Made by a program: the position numbers and the translations under genes. The notes under the pieces were generated by a model, which was not told where the DNA came from, ran no database searches, and saw only the letters and a program-made list of their open reading frames with translations. A stretch of 63,059 nucleotides of DNA, filler included, from Perkinsus chesapeaki ATCC PRA-425 (taxonomy: Eukaryota > Protista > Perkinsozoa), in NCBI GenBank assembly GCA_013115145.1. It is 6 parts of 6 records of this genome, joined end to end, with 100 filler letters (N's around TTAATTAATTAA, not from the genome) between each part and the next. Parts side by side here need not be neighbours in the genome. Positions count along the whole stretch, not along the records: positions 1 to 27,635 come from JAAPAO010000489.1; 5 more parts are not named here. The stretch is one strand, 5' to 3'. Shown one piece after another: positions 1-13,044 of the stretch (position 1 is its first letter; each line of letters opens with the position of its first letter).

Positions 1-400
1 CATCATCGTCTTCGCCATCATCATCAATGCCGAGAGGTTTTGCGATTTTATCATGAGTTTTAACGGGGGAGGATCTCTCAGAGTTATGCCTATCATCATT
101 ATCCGACACGACCTCGGCTGCATCAGTCTTCGTACGTGCTGTTTGAGAGCCTACCAGATTTCCGTTCAGCCAAGAATATTTGCCAAGTGCGTAATATGAA
201 AAGATGCATAATGTTGGAGCGCCTACCGTGATGATGATGATGCTCCGATCCACCAGCGTGTACTGTTAGAGATTTCTTTTTGCGATGAGAGTGACTCTTC
301 CTCTCTGATCGAATATACAGTTCGCTGGGCTCCTGCTACTGTCAGCCTAACTGCTCATTCCGCGTTTAGTCTGCCTGTGATCTCCTTCACCTGAGACCAT
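1..400 (-). CDS. Possible 5' part of an uncharacterised low-complexity (D/H/S-rich) multi-exon gene that runs off the window start
   Basis: Minus-strand open segments bounded by GT/AG (EPSELYIRSERKSHSHRKKKS..., DAAEVVSDNDDRHNSERSSP...DDDGEDDD). No recognisable domain. Confidence 0.25.
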
Positions 401-1605
401 TTTCTGATGGCTAGTGAGAAATTTGTCATTTTTTACTTTCTGTGTCAGAAAACTTCACTGTCCTATTTCGCTTTGGTGGTGATCCCTTGGTCGGTTCCTC
501 GTTATTAGCATTGCTTTCCTCAAGTTTCAGTTTTTCGACATCGTCGTCGAGCGACATTATATTACTAGAATTATAACTAAGGACTCCCTATTAGTAAGGT
601 TAATGTTGACATGATCGGGTTGATGTGAGAATCACACCGTAACGCATCATTCCCGCTCAGCTCACAACAAGTTAAGCATTGACGAGAAAAACAACTTTAA
701 CGTCAACGGCAGGGGGCAGCATTTTGGATAGACAAAGACGAACAGCTATGAATAACCTATAATCGAATGATTTACTAAGACCTCCATCGAAGGAGCTCCT
801 GAAAGGTAGCTGAGTCCTGAGAGTTAGCTGAAGGTTTACTGCTCCAGTGAGTTTGCATTTGTTGGGTAAGTCGATAAAATTAATAGTACAAAAAAATGTA
901 CAAGGCGATTTAATATGCAGCACAGCTCACACTCATCCCACAATAATAATGCTACCACCCTGGCCTCTATGGTAGGCCTATTAGCTTAATATTTGACCAG
1001 GTTTATACTTCTAGTATAATTGGATTGACGATGCGTCGGTAATAATGTGCACGCAGGGATGCTGAGCAAAGTAGTATTTTGAGAGTACATACCCTGTCAG
1101 GCGACAGTGCTACTGCTGCACTTCATAACAGCGTCGTGCTGCACTTTGAAAAAGGCTATGTTCAACATAGTGAACACATGCACCGGACCAGACTGGTGTG
1201 GCGCTCGAAGCGCCGCGCTCCAGGGGCGCCACCACGCGCCATGCTCAGCCTCACAACACACGCGCCTAGTGTAGGCGGCCTAGGGGATACTGGATGCCCC
1301 AACACACGCATGCGCCCCAGACGCCTGGCCAAAACCCTGTGGCTCATGTTCTGTAATATTACCGCCTTGCTGTGCTGCGACTATGTCGAGAGATGGCGCG
1401 TGATCCTCGTGACCCCGCGACTGAACCCAATAACGAGGTTATGGCTAGCTATGTGTATCTCCTCGCGTGTGTTTCTTCTGTACATCCCGTCGACTATGGC
1501 ATTATATCGAAGCTTCATTCACGGCGGCGACCCCCGGCCGTTGTATCACCCGGGAAGCAAGATGTTTTCATTGTCAGTTGACGACTTGCGAGTTATTTCT
1601 CCCTC

Positions 1606-2569
1606 ATGACTTTTCATTATCTTACTTTGGTGCACCTCCTTCTTGCTGTGGTATGTGAGATGATGGCTCAGTGAAGATCCTAATGATCCACTCTACGAAG
1701 ATCAGAAGCCATACTTTGATGCTATCAACGTCACCGAGGCGTGGGATATAATCCACAAATTCAGTAGAGAGCAACGTGTTGTGACCATCGCCATCATTGA
1801 CGAAGGTATGAAATCAGACCATGAAGATTTAAAAGCTAATGCTGTTAACGGATACAACTTCGCTGACCATACAACAGACACTCGCGACAAAGATGGACAT
1901 GGTACTCAGATGGCGGGCGTCGCTGGTGCTGTAACAAATAATGGTAAAGGCATTGCCGGTATCGCGAATAAGGTCAAACTGATGCCCATTGTGGTTGATA
2001 CGGAGGATTTATCAACTGTGGTAGATGGCATCAATTATGCCATCGATAAATCAGTCGATGTGATCCTTCTTGCAGCTACGCTACTTCGTCCTGAGAGGGC
2101 TATCGAAGCTGCAATAGTTACAGCCGGGGAAGCCGGAATACCGTTTGTCTGCCCCTCTGGAAATGGTGGTGCAGACATCTCCGCTGGTGGAAAAGATGCT
2201 TACCCCTGCTTGTACGCCAAAACAATCGACAGTGCTATATGTGTGGCTGGAACTCAAGGTGATACTATGACTTTAGACGAGGACAGCAGCTACGCACCGT
2301 TCGTGAGTGTAGCTGCTCCAGCCCATGTTGAGGCTACGTCGTGGACAGGTGAATACGCTACGTCAGTGGGGACATCCCTGTCAGCGGCAATTATAGCTGG
2401 TGTGGTTGCACTGATGAAAAGTGCCTCTCCAAGTCCTTTAACCGCCAATGCAATAAAAAAAGTGATAATAGACACAAGCACCCCAGGAGTAAAAAGTTAC
2501 TCCAGCTCGAAGTTAATGAAGTTTGGAAGGATAGATGTACTTGAAGCGGTGAAGAGGTCTATTAAATGA
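1606..2569 (+). CDS. Subtilisin-like S8 serine protease, secreted type, no pro-domain visible; signal peptide out of frame with the catalytic domain
   Basis: Catalytic motifs IAIIDEG (Asp), GHGTQMAG (His), PSGN (oxyanion Asn), GTSLSA (Ser). The frame extends upstream through NDPLYEDQKPYFDAINVTEAW. A hydrophobic leader MTFHYLTLVHLLLAVVC starts at 1606 in a different frame. Confidence 0.9.
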
Positions 2570-2631
2570 GCTTCTACTACATCAACATTTCACTCCCTTG
2601 AAGATAGTGGAGTGTTTCATGTATTAATTGT

Positions 2632-2776
2632 ATTAGACATCACTATTATTTAGATTAGACATCACTATTATTTAGATTAGACATCACTATTATTTAAATT
2701 AGACATCACTATTATTTAGATTAGACATCACTATTATTTAGATTAGACTTCACTATTATTTAGATTAGACATCACT
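2632..2776. repeat. 22-bp minisatellite (ATTAGACATCACTATTATTTAG), about 6.6 copies
   Basis: Units start at 2632, 2654, 2676, 2698, 2720, 2742 and 2764, with two point variants and no spacers. Confidence 0.95.
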
Positions 2777-3014
2777 GTTCCACTCGTCGTGTTAAGTTAG
2801 TTTCAGCGTTTTCCCGTGTAGTCCGGAGGTACGATACAACTCAACACAGACATACCGACACACCAAACCAATCGGGTTCGTACTAAGTAGGAAAGTGTGG
2901 ACGACGGTAGTATAGCAAATGCCATAGACTTGGCACCTAGCAGCAGCGTCAGAAATGCGATGGCATCAGAGGAATGGAGGGCAAAAGCATACGAGAAGTT
3001 ACCTTAGCTTTTGG

Positions 3015-4490
3015 TTATGTGAGGTCTTCAATGGTAATCAGTCGGTGGTCTTGGAAATTCACGTCTTGGCCTATTGAGGGCCTAACCGCTGCCATTAACC
3101 TGGCAGGAGTACTTTATCCAAAGCTCAACGGAAAACCTACGATGTCCACGCTTCTCTCTCTTCTTGCAAAAGGTCCCCATGCAGTTCCTCCGAATCTACG
3201 CGATTCTAATAAGAAAATTCAGCAGTGATAACGCCTGGTAGAAAATCAGGCAGTGCGTTAATACCTACCTTGGACTTTACTTGTTCACCGTTGAGCACCA
3301 CAAGCGTTGTCAAGTGATAGATAACCCTCAAGTTGAATAACCTATAGGATGGCTTAAGTAAGCAAGGCAGATCCCTACGGTAGCTGAGTGATCGGGTTAG
3401 TTTTAATGTTAAGATCTCCAATCTCCGGAAATGCACGATGGATGGCCTATCAGAGCTGCTGTGGTGATATTTGCCGCGATCCGAGCACCTCGACAACGGC
3501 TGGGAGATCCTCAATTTGGTTCCTCGAAAGATCCAGTTTAATCATCCTGGGACAGATCGAGTCTTTAAAACCTTCCAGAGACTGAGTAGCACAAATGAAA
3601 GGATTCGAGCGACATTTGGGACCTTCATGAAGTTGCCGGCAAGATCGAGCTCACGCAATGTGGTAAGACCATTCAAGTTCGGTGCCGATATCAACTGGTT
3701 GTCAGCCAGCCTCAGTGTTGTGAGCTCTCTTAGGCCGGAGAGATTCTCAGCGGTGGTGATTTGATTCTCCGATAAATCCAAGATGTCCCTGGACCAGGGG
3801 ATACGGAAAGGCTGGACTGGCTGGTGGCTCACAGTAGTGTAGTCCTCTGAAGGCTGTGGGGTGGGATACATTTTATGGAGTTACCACGAAGATTTAATGT
3901 ACGGAGGTGACCTCGGCAGTTCGACCAATCTCCGAGCTCCTCTAAATTAACACAATGGAGCCGTAATAGCCGCTTGTTACGGATATCATTGTAGCTCATG
4001 TCGACCTTCTCGAGGAACTTGGGGAAGCTGAAGCAGTCTGGACGTCGAAGAAGATTATGAGAGGCATCAATGACCCTCAGGAAAGGCATTTCCGACCTAA
4101 TCCATGTTCGCTTGGCAAGCTTAACAATTAATGCCTACAGTGCATCCAGTCTTCTCAATTTGTTATGACTAACATCGATCACTTGTAAGTTGCAGTATTT
4201 CCTAAGTGCCTGGAAGGGGGAGCAGTTCCTACATGTTTTGAGACGAATAACATTACTGGGTCGAGATTGGTGAGAGCTAAGTCGGAAATAGTGCAGGAAA
4301 GGAAGGCATGGCTGCCGGCATGCAACGGTGTGAGGCCTACTTGCCCGAGACCAGCAACGATCTAAATGAGTGTTCCTAGCAATCTTGTATGATAACTACG
4401 CACTTGCTCTCTAGTGAGGGGTGATACATCATCAGAGACTAACTCCACTTCATCGGGGATGATACCTTCACCAGGCTGACGTGCTGTCAT
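3015..4490 (-). CDS. Multi-exon leucine-rich-repeat protein, LRGUK/LRRC23-like N-terminal LRR type (probably axonemal)
   Basis: Spliced segments GSHAFLSCTISDLALTNLDP, LRKYCNLQVIDVSHNKL, MPFLRVIDASHNLL..FPKFLEKVDMSYNDI, LDLSENQITTAENLSGL, RVIYHLTTLVVLNGEQV and NRVDSEELHG give SDS22-like LRRs plus an LRR cap. ATG at 4490, TAA at 3015. No guanylate kinase domain seen. Confidence 0.75.
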
Positions 4491-5385
4491 TAGAGTATAC
4501 TGCTGTTCCCGACTTTCCTATGTAGCCCAGCAGGAGCAGGAGCAGCAGCAGGACAACACAGAACCATGTGACCGATGAACACTCAATAGAACGTTCAAGT
4601 TATTCGCTATATACCATTGCATTTTCCAATCCAGCAGCAATCGAACACATTAAACATAAATGCATGTACGGAATGCGACTATGCAGATCAGCACCAGAAC
4701 CCTGCCGATACAGTCACTAATCAATATACATTTGCCGTGGGTGTCTTCACTGTCGTCGCCCAGATCTCACATCGGGCATATCAGGTTTCGTTTATCTACA
4801 GTCGATCTCATAATTGACAACAATTGCAAGAGTTGTGGCATGGAATGGTATTTTACAATGTTATCATGACTAAGCTCTTGTGGCACAGCCAGATGTAAAG
4901 GTGAGGCGAATATCTTATTAGAGGTTTGCAAATACGGTAGAGTGGATAGAGCTATCTGATGGAAGTCTGTAGGGAAATACACGACGTTTGGGTGGTAATG
5001 ATGATGCAGAGGCCTGCAAAGAGGAGATGTGCGGAGATGACAGTAGCCTGCATATGTTCCTCACCTCCATAGGGAATGCAGGCCCGAATGAGATTCGGTA
5101 GCAAACGGAGGGCTTTTATCGATTCCATTGATTATGGGATGATGGTGGTGTGAGAGATGATAATGCATTCCATTAATAATTTATTGTTACTAGCAACAAC
5201 CCTGTGGCGGCCGAGTAGCTGATACTAAATCAACGGTTAACTCCTCGGTGATCCTGTGGTGGCGATATCAGCCCGAAACCAAGGCAGACTTGATGAAGAA
5301 TGGCGACTTGTACAAATTGACAAGGTAAACACGAAGGACTTGAAGAAATGATCTACAGTATATAAATCCAACAACACAATAATGA

Positions 5386-7562
5386 CTAACGAATAGTTGG
5401 TTGATTCTTCAAATCGAAGTAACCTCCCAGTCTTGCTCTCCCATAGTTCTCGTAATCAAAGAGGGGATCGTCATCAATATCTTCATCATCATCATCAGCA
5501 GCAGTCTGCTGCTGCTGTTTCCGATCTTGCTCAAAGTGTTGTATAACACTCCAGGCACACCACCGCAGCTCAGCTGCCATCGCATATAATCGAATAGTCT
5601 CCAACTGAGTTTAATAGATGTTCATTACGGAACAAAAGCACAATGAGCTTACCATCGAGTTATCGTCACAGCGGGCATACTCATCGACAGTCAAATAATT
5701 ACGCAAAAAAAGTAACTGGAGGAAGGATCGAACCATGGACCTTTGGGATGAAAGAATCGAGCTCACCTGTAGTTCCCTACTAGGGAAATACTTGTCTATA
5801 TTATAATCATCATTTACTATCAACATGCTTTCCACAACCTGAGAAACATTGACATGTCATCCCAAGAAAGCATGTCGCTCGGTAACTCCTTTATTGAACC
5901 AAAACAGTATGCATGAGCGATGTAATACAAAAGCACACAATTGGGTGGGAAGTAATGCCACCTTGGCCACGCTGTGGTCCAACCTTCGAAGACGAATCGA
6001 TTTCAGAACCATTCGCAGGAAAGGGGTTTCCATATTTCGTTGCCGAAAGAGTGGTTTTGTATGGAGCTAAAGCCTCCGCTTTGTTTTGTTGTTGATATAC
6101 TTCAAATTGAGGTTTCGACAGCCTTGAAAGACAGTCACCATCCAAATGTATCATAATAGTGGTGTTTTCTATGTCCATGGTATCTGTCCCATTCTTCCAA
6201 GTACCCCGTCATTTATTCACTCATACCACCTTTACCCACTTTCTATAATAAGATCAAACATTATATGTCAATTCCAATCGACTTCGTAATGGATAGATCA
6301 AGAACAACACGCCACCTACCGCAGCAAAGTGATTTGCTATATCAGCAGCAGCAGGGTTAAATGCACAATATTCATAGTCAATAAACTTCAACTGGCTGCT
6401 AGGGTGCTCCTTCGACACTAGTATGTTACCAGAGAGAAGATCGTTATGACAAAATACAACCTAAAGTCAAAATGCTCTTCCTGGGAATAGAACCCACGGC
6501 CATCCTCGTCAAAGGCCAACACACTGACAAACTCACCTTGTCGAGCGGGCTGCCAATACCCTTCTCTCGAGTCCGAATTGTCCCTTCCAACCAGTGCGCC
6601 TGCTTCTCAATAGAGTCTAGCATCTCCGTGAAGTCTGTCTCCTCATCCCCAGGCGATGCTCTAACCAACTCACGACCCTTTTCAACGTACGATGATATCC
6701 TCTTCCACAAATCGATGCTTTTGCCACCATCGGCTATTTCTGCAGCAGATTTGGGCGAGAGGGAGTGCATGTATCTATCCATATCCTCCGATCCAAACAA
6801 TCCCAGGTTCGATCCCCACACTCACCTTAAATGTTTCGCTATCGAAGGTATCCATTTTTCGGTGACCATCTCTAGAGGCTCGAGCGGCCGCAAATGTGAG
6901 AAAAACTCTTCTATTCGGCCATTCCTAAGATACCAATCAATCGACTAAAATCTTCACGGTGCGCAGATTACCGAAAGATTCCCAGGAGCGCGGGGCCGAA
7001 CCCTATCGAACTCAAATCGTTGAAGACTTTATTCTCGTTATCTCTGTCGATTATAGAACTTCCTGCTTCGCCAAAAACTCGGACGAGGCAAATCGGCAAA
7101 CCTTCCCTTGGCGTCGAGACTTCTCCATCGTAATCGCCTTTGGAGCTCCCAGCCGTGCTATCAGCAGGGGCACTAGTCGAAGGCGACACTTCATCCGTCT
7201 AACAATCGAAAGGTATCAAGTTCGATTCAGATGGACGCCATTACTTTATTCACAAACTTGACTTTGAATAATGAATTGGTGATGCCACCAGTTACTCGAA
7301 TGACTTCAGTCACTGTTTGACCATTCCGGAGATCCACCATTGTCGACTTTGGCACATAAAAACGGCGAACTCTATCGTAGTACTCAACTAAGCATTTACC
7401 TAACGGAGCTGCTTTCACACTACAAACGAGGGAAAGAGGGGGAGAGCTCTCACGGCAAATGTCCGAAAGCTGGCCAGTTAGCTGAGGATTCGACAGGTCT
7501 ATTGTGTCGTCGATGTGTGGTATGCAATCCCAGGAGGAGGAAGAGGAAGAATGAGTAGACAT
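5386..7562 (-). CDS. Choline/ethanolamine kinase, multi-exon
   Basis: VTGGITNSLFKV, LVRVFGEAGSSIIDRDNE, Brenner motif VVFCHNDLLSGNIL, CK motif LKFIDYEYCAFNPAAADIANHF, and C-terminal LRWCAWSVIQ...FDYENYGRARL. Confidence 0.92.
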
Positions 7563-7923
7563 AACCGAGAAATAGTATACTACAGAGAGATGGGGGAAGG
7601 TAGAAGATTCGCCCAAGCAATCTAGGAAGGTAAAATCGGGAACAACTTGCACGTGGTGAGTTACGGAAGAATCTTCCGTCATTTGGGTAGGAATCACATC
7701 TCTGTCAATCAGTTCCACTGGCGATATTTTCCTTCGATGAGAGGGCGTTGTGCAAAGCGATTCAAAGGATGATTCTATTAAATGTGATTCTAGAAGGGAT
7801 TGATGAAACTGGTGTGTTGCGTAGAGAATGAGCATACTTAACTAAACTCAACTACTTAATTGTGAGGAATACGTAATTGGTGAACAAGAGTATCTTTATA
7901 TTTCAGGAATGCACGCTTCAACC

Positions 7924-9440
7924 TCAAGATACCTTCTTGCCAGCCCGAACAACATTATACAATTTACTCCTAGCGAGCTTAGACAACGATTTTCGCACCT
8001 TGAACGATGGCCTCTCCGTCACGCGCCGCGAAATTGTCCCCATCTGCAAAAGTGTACATGCCCCATCCTTTCCAACTTCCCTCAGTCTCTCATCATGTGC
8101 ATGCGTGCAACCCTCCTTGGGGACATCCCCCCAAGGCTCGCCAGTTTTCTCGATAACAGCGGTGAAGAATCCACCAGTGTTGTTGAGATGAGGATAGACT
8201 CTCATACATGGGGAGAGATCAAACGCTCCACTGGGCCACATTGATGGTCTATACCACTCCTTTCTAGAATCATCGTAGGAAATCACCTCACAGTGGAATG
8301 CTTCCGGTGAATCTTCTTTTTCCTCGACAACTTGCCATTCGTTCAGACCAGGATACGTTCGAAAACCGGAAAGTTTCGCGGGGAGAAGTTTGCCGTGAGG
8401 AGACACTACAAAAGAGCGATAAGACGATTTTCGTGGCGCAGTGACGATGTACTCACCTGCTTTGAGAACGGCTTGCACCACCGCCTCATTTTCGAGGGGA
8501 TTTACACTGCAAGTTGAATATGACATTCGACCACCGACCTTCAGCAGAGAAAACGCTCGCAATGCTATCTAAGCTCGAAGCGTGCAAGATATAGAATAGG
8601 TCGACTGGCATTCACCTGTATCTGTGTATGATGTAATCTTCTCCCTAATGACGGATCCCAATGCTTCCATTTAACCGGATATTTCCGAAACGTTCCGTCG
8701 CCCGAGCATGGCACGTCACAAATAATCCTATCGAATGTATGATTTTTTGGTATCAATTGTGCCTTATGATTTATCACCATAAACCCCTCAGACTCTCCAA
8801 CTCTACCAGATAAGATATATGCTCTTCTCGTACTTAGTTCATTCGCCACCACAACTCCTCTTCCTCCATCAATCACATCAAGCGCCTGTAAAGTTTTACT
8901 CCCCGGCGCCGCACTCGTATCCAAAACCTCGTGCGCAGGTTCGATCCCCAGTACCGCCACCGGAACCATCGAAGCCACTTCCTGTCGTCTCGCTATACCT
9001 TCTATTCCACCATGATTCGTCTTAAGCCATTCGTTTAACTCAGGATACGCCTCTTTGGCAGTTTTAGGGTCACATCCAAGTTGATAACCATGACACCATT
9101 TAAACTCTTTTGCACCAGGAATCCATCTCCCGTTTCTTTCCAATGTGACATCATCAAAGATACTCCTCGGTGGTCGTGACGTATCCTTTCGCACTCGAAA
9201 GGATATCGGTAATGGAGCTCTCAAGTGGTTGATAAGATCCATCCATTCCTCATCTCCTTTGTTCATTTTCAATCCACATTTCCTATAAAATGTCTCCCAT
9301 CTCTCCACCCCGGCAGTAACAATCTCCCCAAAGCCCTTTGACATCGGTTCTCCCTCCTCCTCATCCTCCCTCAACTTCCTTTTGGACCAGCTCTTCTTCC
9401 GATGCTTTGATCGTTTGTGCCTCCGGCTTCCTGTGGTCAT
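7924..9440 (-). CDS. NSUN2: tRNA (cytosine-5) methyltransferase, NSUN2/Trm4 (NOL1/NOP2/Sun family)
   Basis: RQEVASMVP, LDTSAAPGSKT, FDRIICDVPCSGDG (motif IV Cys), YSTCSVNPLENEAVV (motif VI Cys), RVYPHLNNTGGFF. One short intron at about 8568-8614. The true 3' end may include a further exon. Confidence 0.9.
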
Positions 9441-9737
9441 GGTTAATAAAGCAACCTCTTTACAAACAACTTTAACATAAGCCACTGCTGCTCCCGTGCG
9501 TGTGTGGCAGAATGTGAACTACATAATTTCCTATTATTTACTTTTCACTGGTCCAGTGGTGAACGTTGGAATTCTCGACAAGTTGTATCAAACGTTTCAT
9601 CGCATCCGGAATGATAAAGAGTGTATATGTAGATATCGTTGAGGTCCTAGATGAAGTACTAGAGACTCATTGGCGGATACCTTGATATACTGTCAACTAA
9701 ACATTATGAAGGATGATGAAACTCAAACAAGGCATTC

Positions 9738-12700
9738 TCACACATTCTTTCTATGCACAGGGCAACAGCCAGTAACATCAGCACTTCGTAGACTAGGCAA
9801 TGCGTATCTTAGCTTAATTCGTGCATCTCCTTCTCGTATCGCCTTTGTTGATAAAACCACCGTAAAAGGGCCATCATAACATACCAATTCCAACACCACG
9901 TACTTCCGCTGCTTATCCTCACCATATACCTCGCTATCAAACACCTCCTCAAGATGCGCCAAACCTACAACAACAATAGCACTCGCAGCACGCATGCGCA
10001 AATTCTTCACAGTGCGTAATAAAGATATCTTCTTTTTCTTCTTACAGCATATGTTATGATTATTGACCTTTTCCACTATTGGTCCACCAACCCATCCACT
10101 ACCATATCCCGAATTACATTCGTCCGCCAATACTTGTGTTAAAACGATACATTCCTGGAAGGAGGAGGAGGAGGAAATGATGATAGTTAAGCCAATCCAT
10201 CAATAATAACATTTAATAATATCTTCACAGTTGGGACATTAAATCACTCTATAAAACACCTTAGCTGGGATTCGAACGCGTGCGGAATATATTGCAACAA
10301 TCTATAAAGTGGAGCCAACATACAGAAGGGTTATACGGATGGATAACGGCATTACTAGTGACATGAGTGTAGGCAGACTACCGAGTTTAAGGTTATTGAT
10401 ATTATTACTTGTGACTAGAATCTAACCTACTACACTACTACCTCTAAGCCTCCTTCTCCCCCTTCAGCAGCAGCACCCTCCCTCTTTTTTCTTGCTGTGT
10501 TCAATATATGTTGTAGATGTGTTGGTCTATCTCTATCAGATGACCATCCTCTTAGATAATCCATACTCAGTGGTTGAAATACTAAACCTAATAACAACAA
10601 CGAAGTAGCATTAAAGTTCAATAATTGATATCGATGATAAGTAGGGTAGCACTCGGCATTGCTGGGATACATATTTGCCCGCCTTCCTCAGGTGCGTCTC
10701 CTAAGCTCCTCCAACCTTAGCAATCAAATGCCAACCGGCGGCCCGAAAGTTGTCATTTTTGACCCAGTGGGATGCTGCCCACTATTACCTCCACTAACCA
10801 TATAAGGTGGCGCTTTAACATCATAACTTTGCCCTTTTTGAACCAAGAGACAATCCTTCTGTGATAGTAACTTAACCTTTCTATGCTCTAATATTGACAT
10901 ATCTCCATTCCCTCTCGACAGCACCGTAAGATTCACCGTATCACCGATATAGAAACTATCGAGCAATGCCGTCATGTAAAGCCGACGGCCCAAAAACCTA
11001 AAACCAAAAATAAAATGATATATATTAGCAAAATAATAATACTACCAAACATGACCAAAGTTGTCCAGTGGGGTATCATTGATCGCAGTGATAACATCAT
11101 ACTTCTTCAAGGCTGGATTGATCGACCAAGATACCATTACTCCTTTATGGACCGCCGCGGATTTACTATCTGAAATAATAAAGCTCGGCCACTAGCACGC
11201 CGGCAACCTTGTCTTTGTCTCGGTGCTCCAATCAAACAGTATCATTTTTCACCATAGAGGGAGCCTTCCCAATGGCCAGTTTAACGAATACAAAATCATC
11301 CCCATCATCTCCCTTTATCACCTTTTCCTTTCATTCCCAGCCATTCCCTAAATTGTTCATTCTCAACCGGTTGGCATGTCACTCCCAATGAAGGTAAGTC
11401 CAAAGATTTTTCTGTATTCGTCGTCATTGATGATGAGCCTGTAAGCCTTCTTATAAACCTCCATATCAGATAGCTTGGCACCGCATGGCCTTGATTTTCA
11501 ACACCACGAGAGACATACTTTTGAAAAGCTACACCTGATAAGAGCTCACTATAACACACCGACGGTAATAGTCCTCAAGACAGGTTGACCTCTCTACAGA
11601 GATGGGAGGAACAATCCGAATGTATATCGTACACTTGAAGCATGCTACAAACGTCTGCATCATTGACACGCTTCAACCTAAGATTGCCTTTATTACCAAG
11701 AACCTTATCCGAGTTAGGGCACATTACCGGACCTCCTGAGTTGCCAGCATTGATAGCAGCATCGACTGTTATACCCAAAGCAGGTCGAGCACTGTGGGAA
11801 TATTCAACAACCTGATAATGATGAATAGTTGGACTTAAGTGATAAGAGTTAATAATACCTCACATCTGGACACCACTCCACTTGTCACTGATAGCTTATC
11901 GCCTCCTACAGGATACCCGACTACCTAATACTACCAGTAACCACGGTAATGTGCTCTTCTTCGGGAACCCGTCAAACGTATCTTTCTCCACCGGAAATAA
12001 ATATCAAACGCTTACTCCATAACTCGTCACTTCCGGTTCCAATAATGAAATCCATCCAGTCTAGTCATACCTTACAATTTAGTTAACACAATCAACCAAT
12101 TCCTTATCAGCTCGTTCAAACTCGCAAAATTTTCCCTCCAAAAATTTCCCAACTGTTCTTCTTCTCGCCATCATACAGTACTCCAAACTTTTACTACTTG
12201 TACGGTGTCCCTCAATTCCGGTAGAACGTCCCATTTGGCCAATTCAAGTGGTTCCATCTTATGAATGGGATGATGATGCGATGATGATGATGACGAGGCA
12301 TCCGGAGGACTATCACCTGAATGTTTGTTATTATTAATAGTAATTGTGATATTATCATCCAAATAGTATACATCACAGAATATGTCATTACCTCGTCGAA
12401 TAGTCGAACCGTGGTAAATTTCCGAAACTTATTACTTGTCAAAACACTGTACCATTAGACAATGACAAATTTTAAAAATAATTATCAATAGTTTTACCTA
12501 CTCTACAACAGGGTGAAGTTATTATATATTCACTTTCATTATCCTATTATCTATTATTATACACTTTTATTATCTTCAATAAGTCCCCTTATTTCCTACC
12601 ATTCCTAAATTCCTCTTCCGAACCCTCTACATCATCTATCTCCACCAATGCTAAGTCAGAGTCATGGCACACTGCCCGGACAATCGCAGGATATTTATTA

Positions 12701-13044
12701 GGTTCGAAGTAATCAGTGTTCCTCTGTACCGTCAAATAGATACTATCCGCCACGACATGAGCCGCAGTTAATATTAAATTCCTTTTCCTCCAAGATTCAT
12801 CGACGGAATCCGGCGGCATTGATATGAGGCACCCCGAGCCACTTGAAGCTTCCACCGGTGTGGTCTGCCAGGGGACAGTCCAACTTGGTCTTTGCCGAGT
12901 AACATGTAATTTAACGACAGATAGGTCGGCTGGACTTGGTTGAATAGATGATAGTTTTCGTATTGTTGTTGATAGTAATCGATGAGGGGTGTGGGCAACA
13001 TCATGTATGGGGAGGAGGAGTAATCGACTGGTTGCTTGGATCAT
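9738..13044 (-). CDS. Deg/HtrA serine protease with PDZ domains (Deg2/9/10-like), multi-exon
   Basis: Triad: LILTAAHVV (His), CHDSDLALV (Asp), AAINAGNSGGP (Ser). Also VVGYPVGGDKLSVTSGVVSR, PDZ LGVTCQPVEN...YDVITAIND, and PDZ2 YMVSG|GLVFQPL and QVLADECNSGY. Confidence 0.9.

Noticed and set aside
1079-1609. 176-aa ORF over a GC-rich hairpin-containing stretch, with a hAT-TIR-like CAGGGGCGCC at 1221
   Set aside because: The ORF starts at TTG and is not protein-like, and I found no matching second TIR or TSD. It may be a transposon relic but I cannot support that.
2632-2776. Regular repeats here and at 29882, 35892 and 62766 as possible CRISPR arrays
   Set aside because: They are head-to-tail tandem units with no unique spacers, in a eukaryotic context with no cas genes.
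4560-5350. Possible small multi-exon gene between the LRR and kinase genes (for example LWWRYQPETKADLMKNGDLYKL on the plus strand)
   Set aside because: I could not assemble a phase-consistent model on either strand.
8880-8915. NSUN2 motif I reads DTSAAPG instead of DMCAAPG
   Set aside because: This Cys is not catalytic; the motif IV and VI cysteines are intact, so there is no evidence of a pseudo-enzyme.
10258-10330. B-box-like GTTCGAATCCC on the minus strand followed by a T-run
   Set aside because: No T-stem, acceptor-stem or anticodon-stem pairing, so it is not a tRNA. It is too weak to call a SINE.
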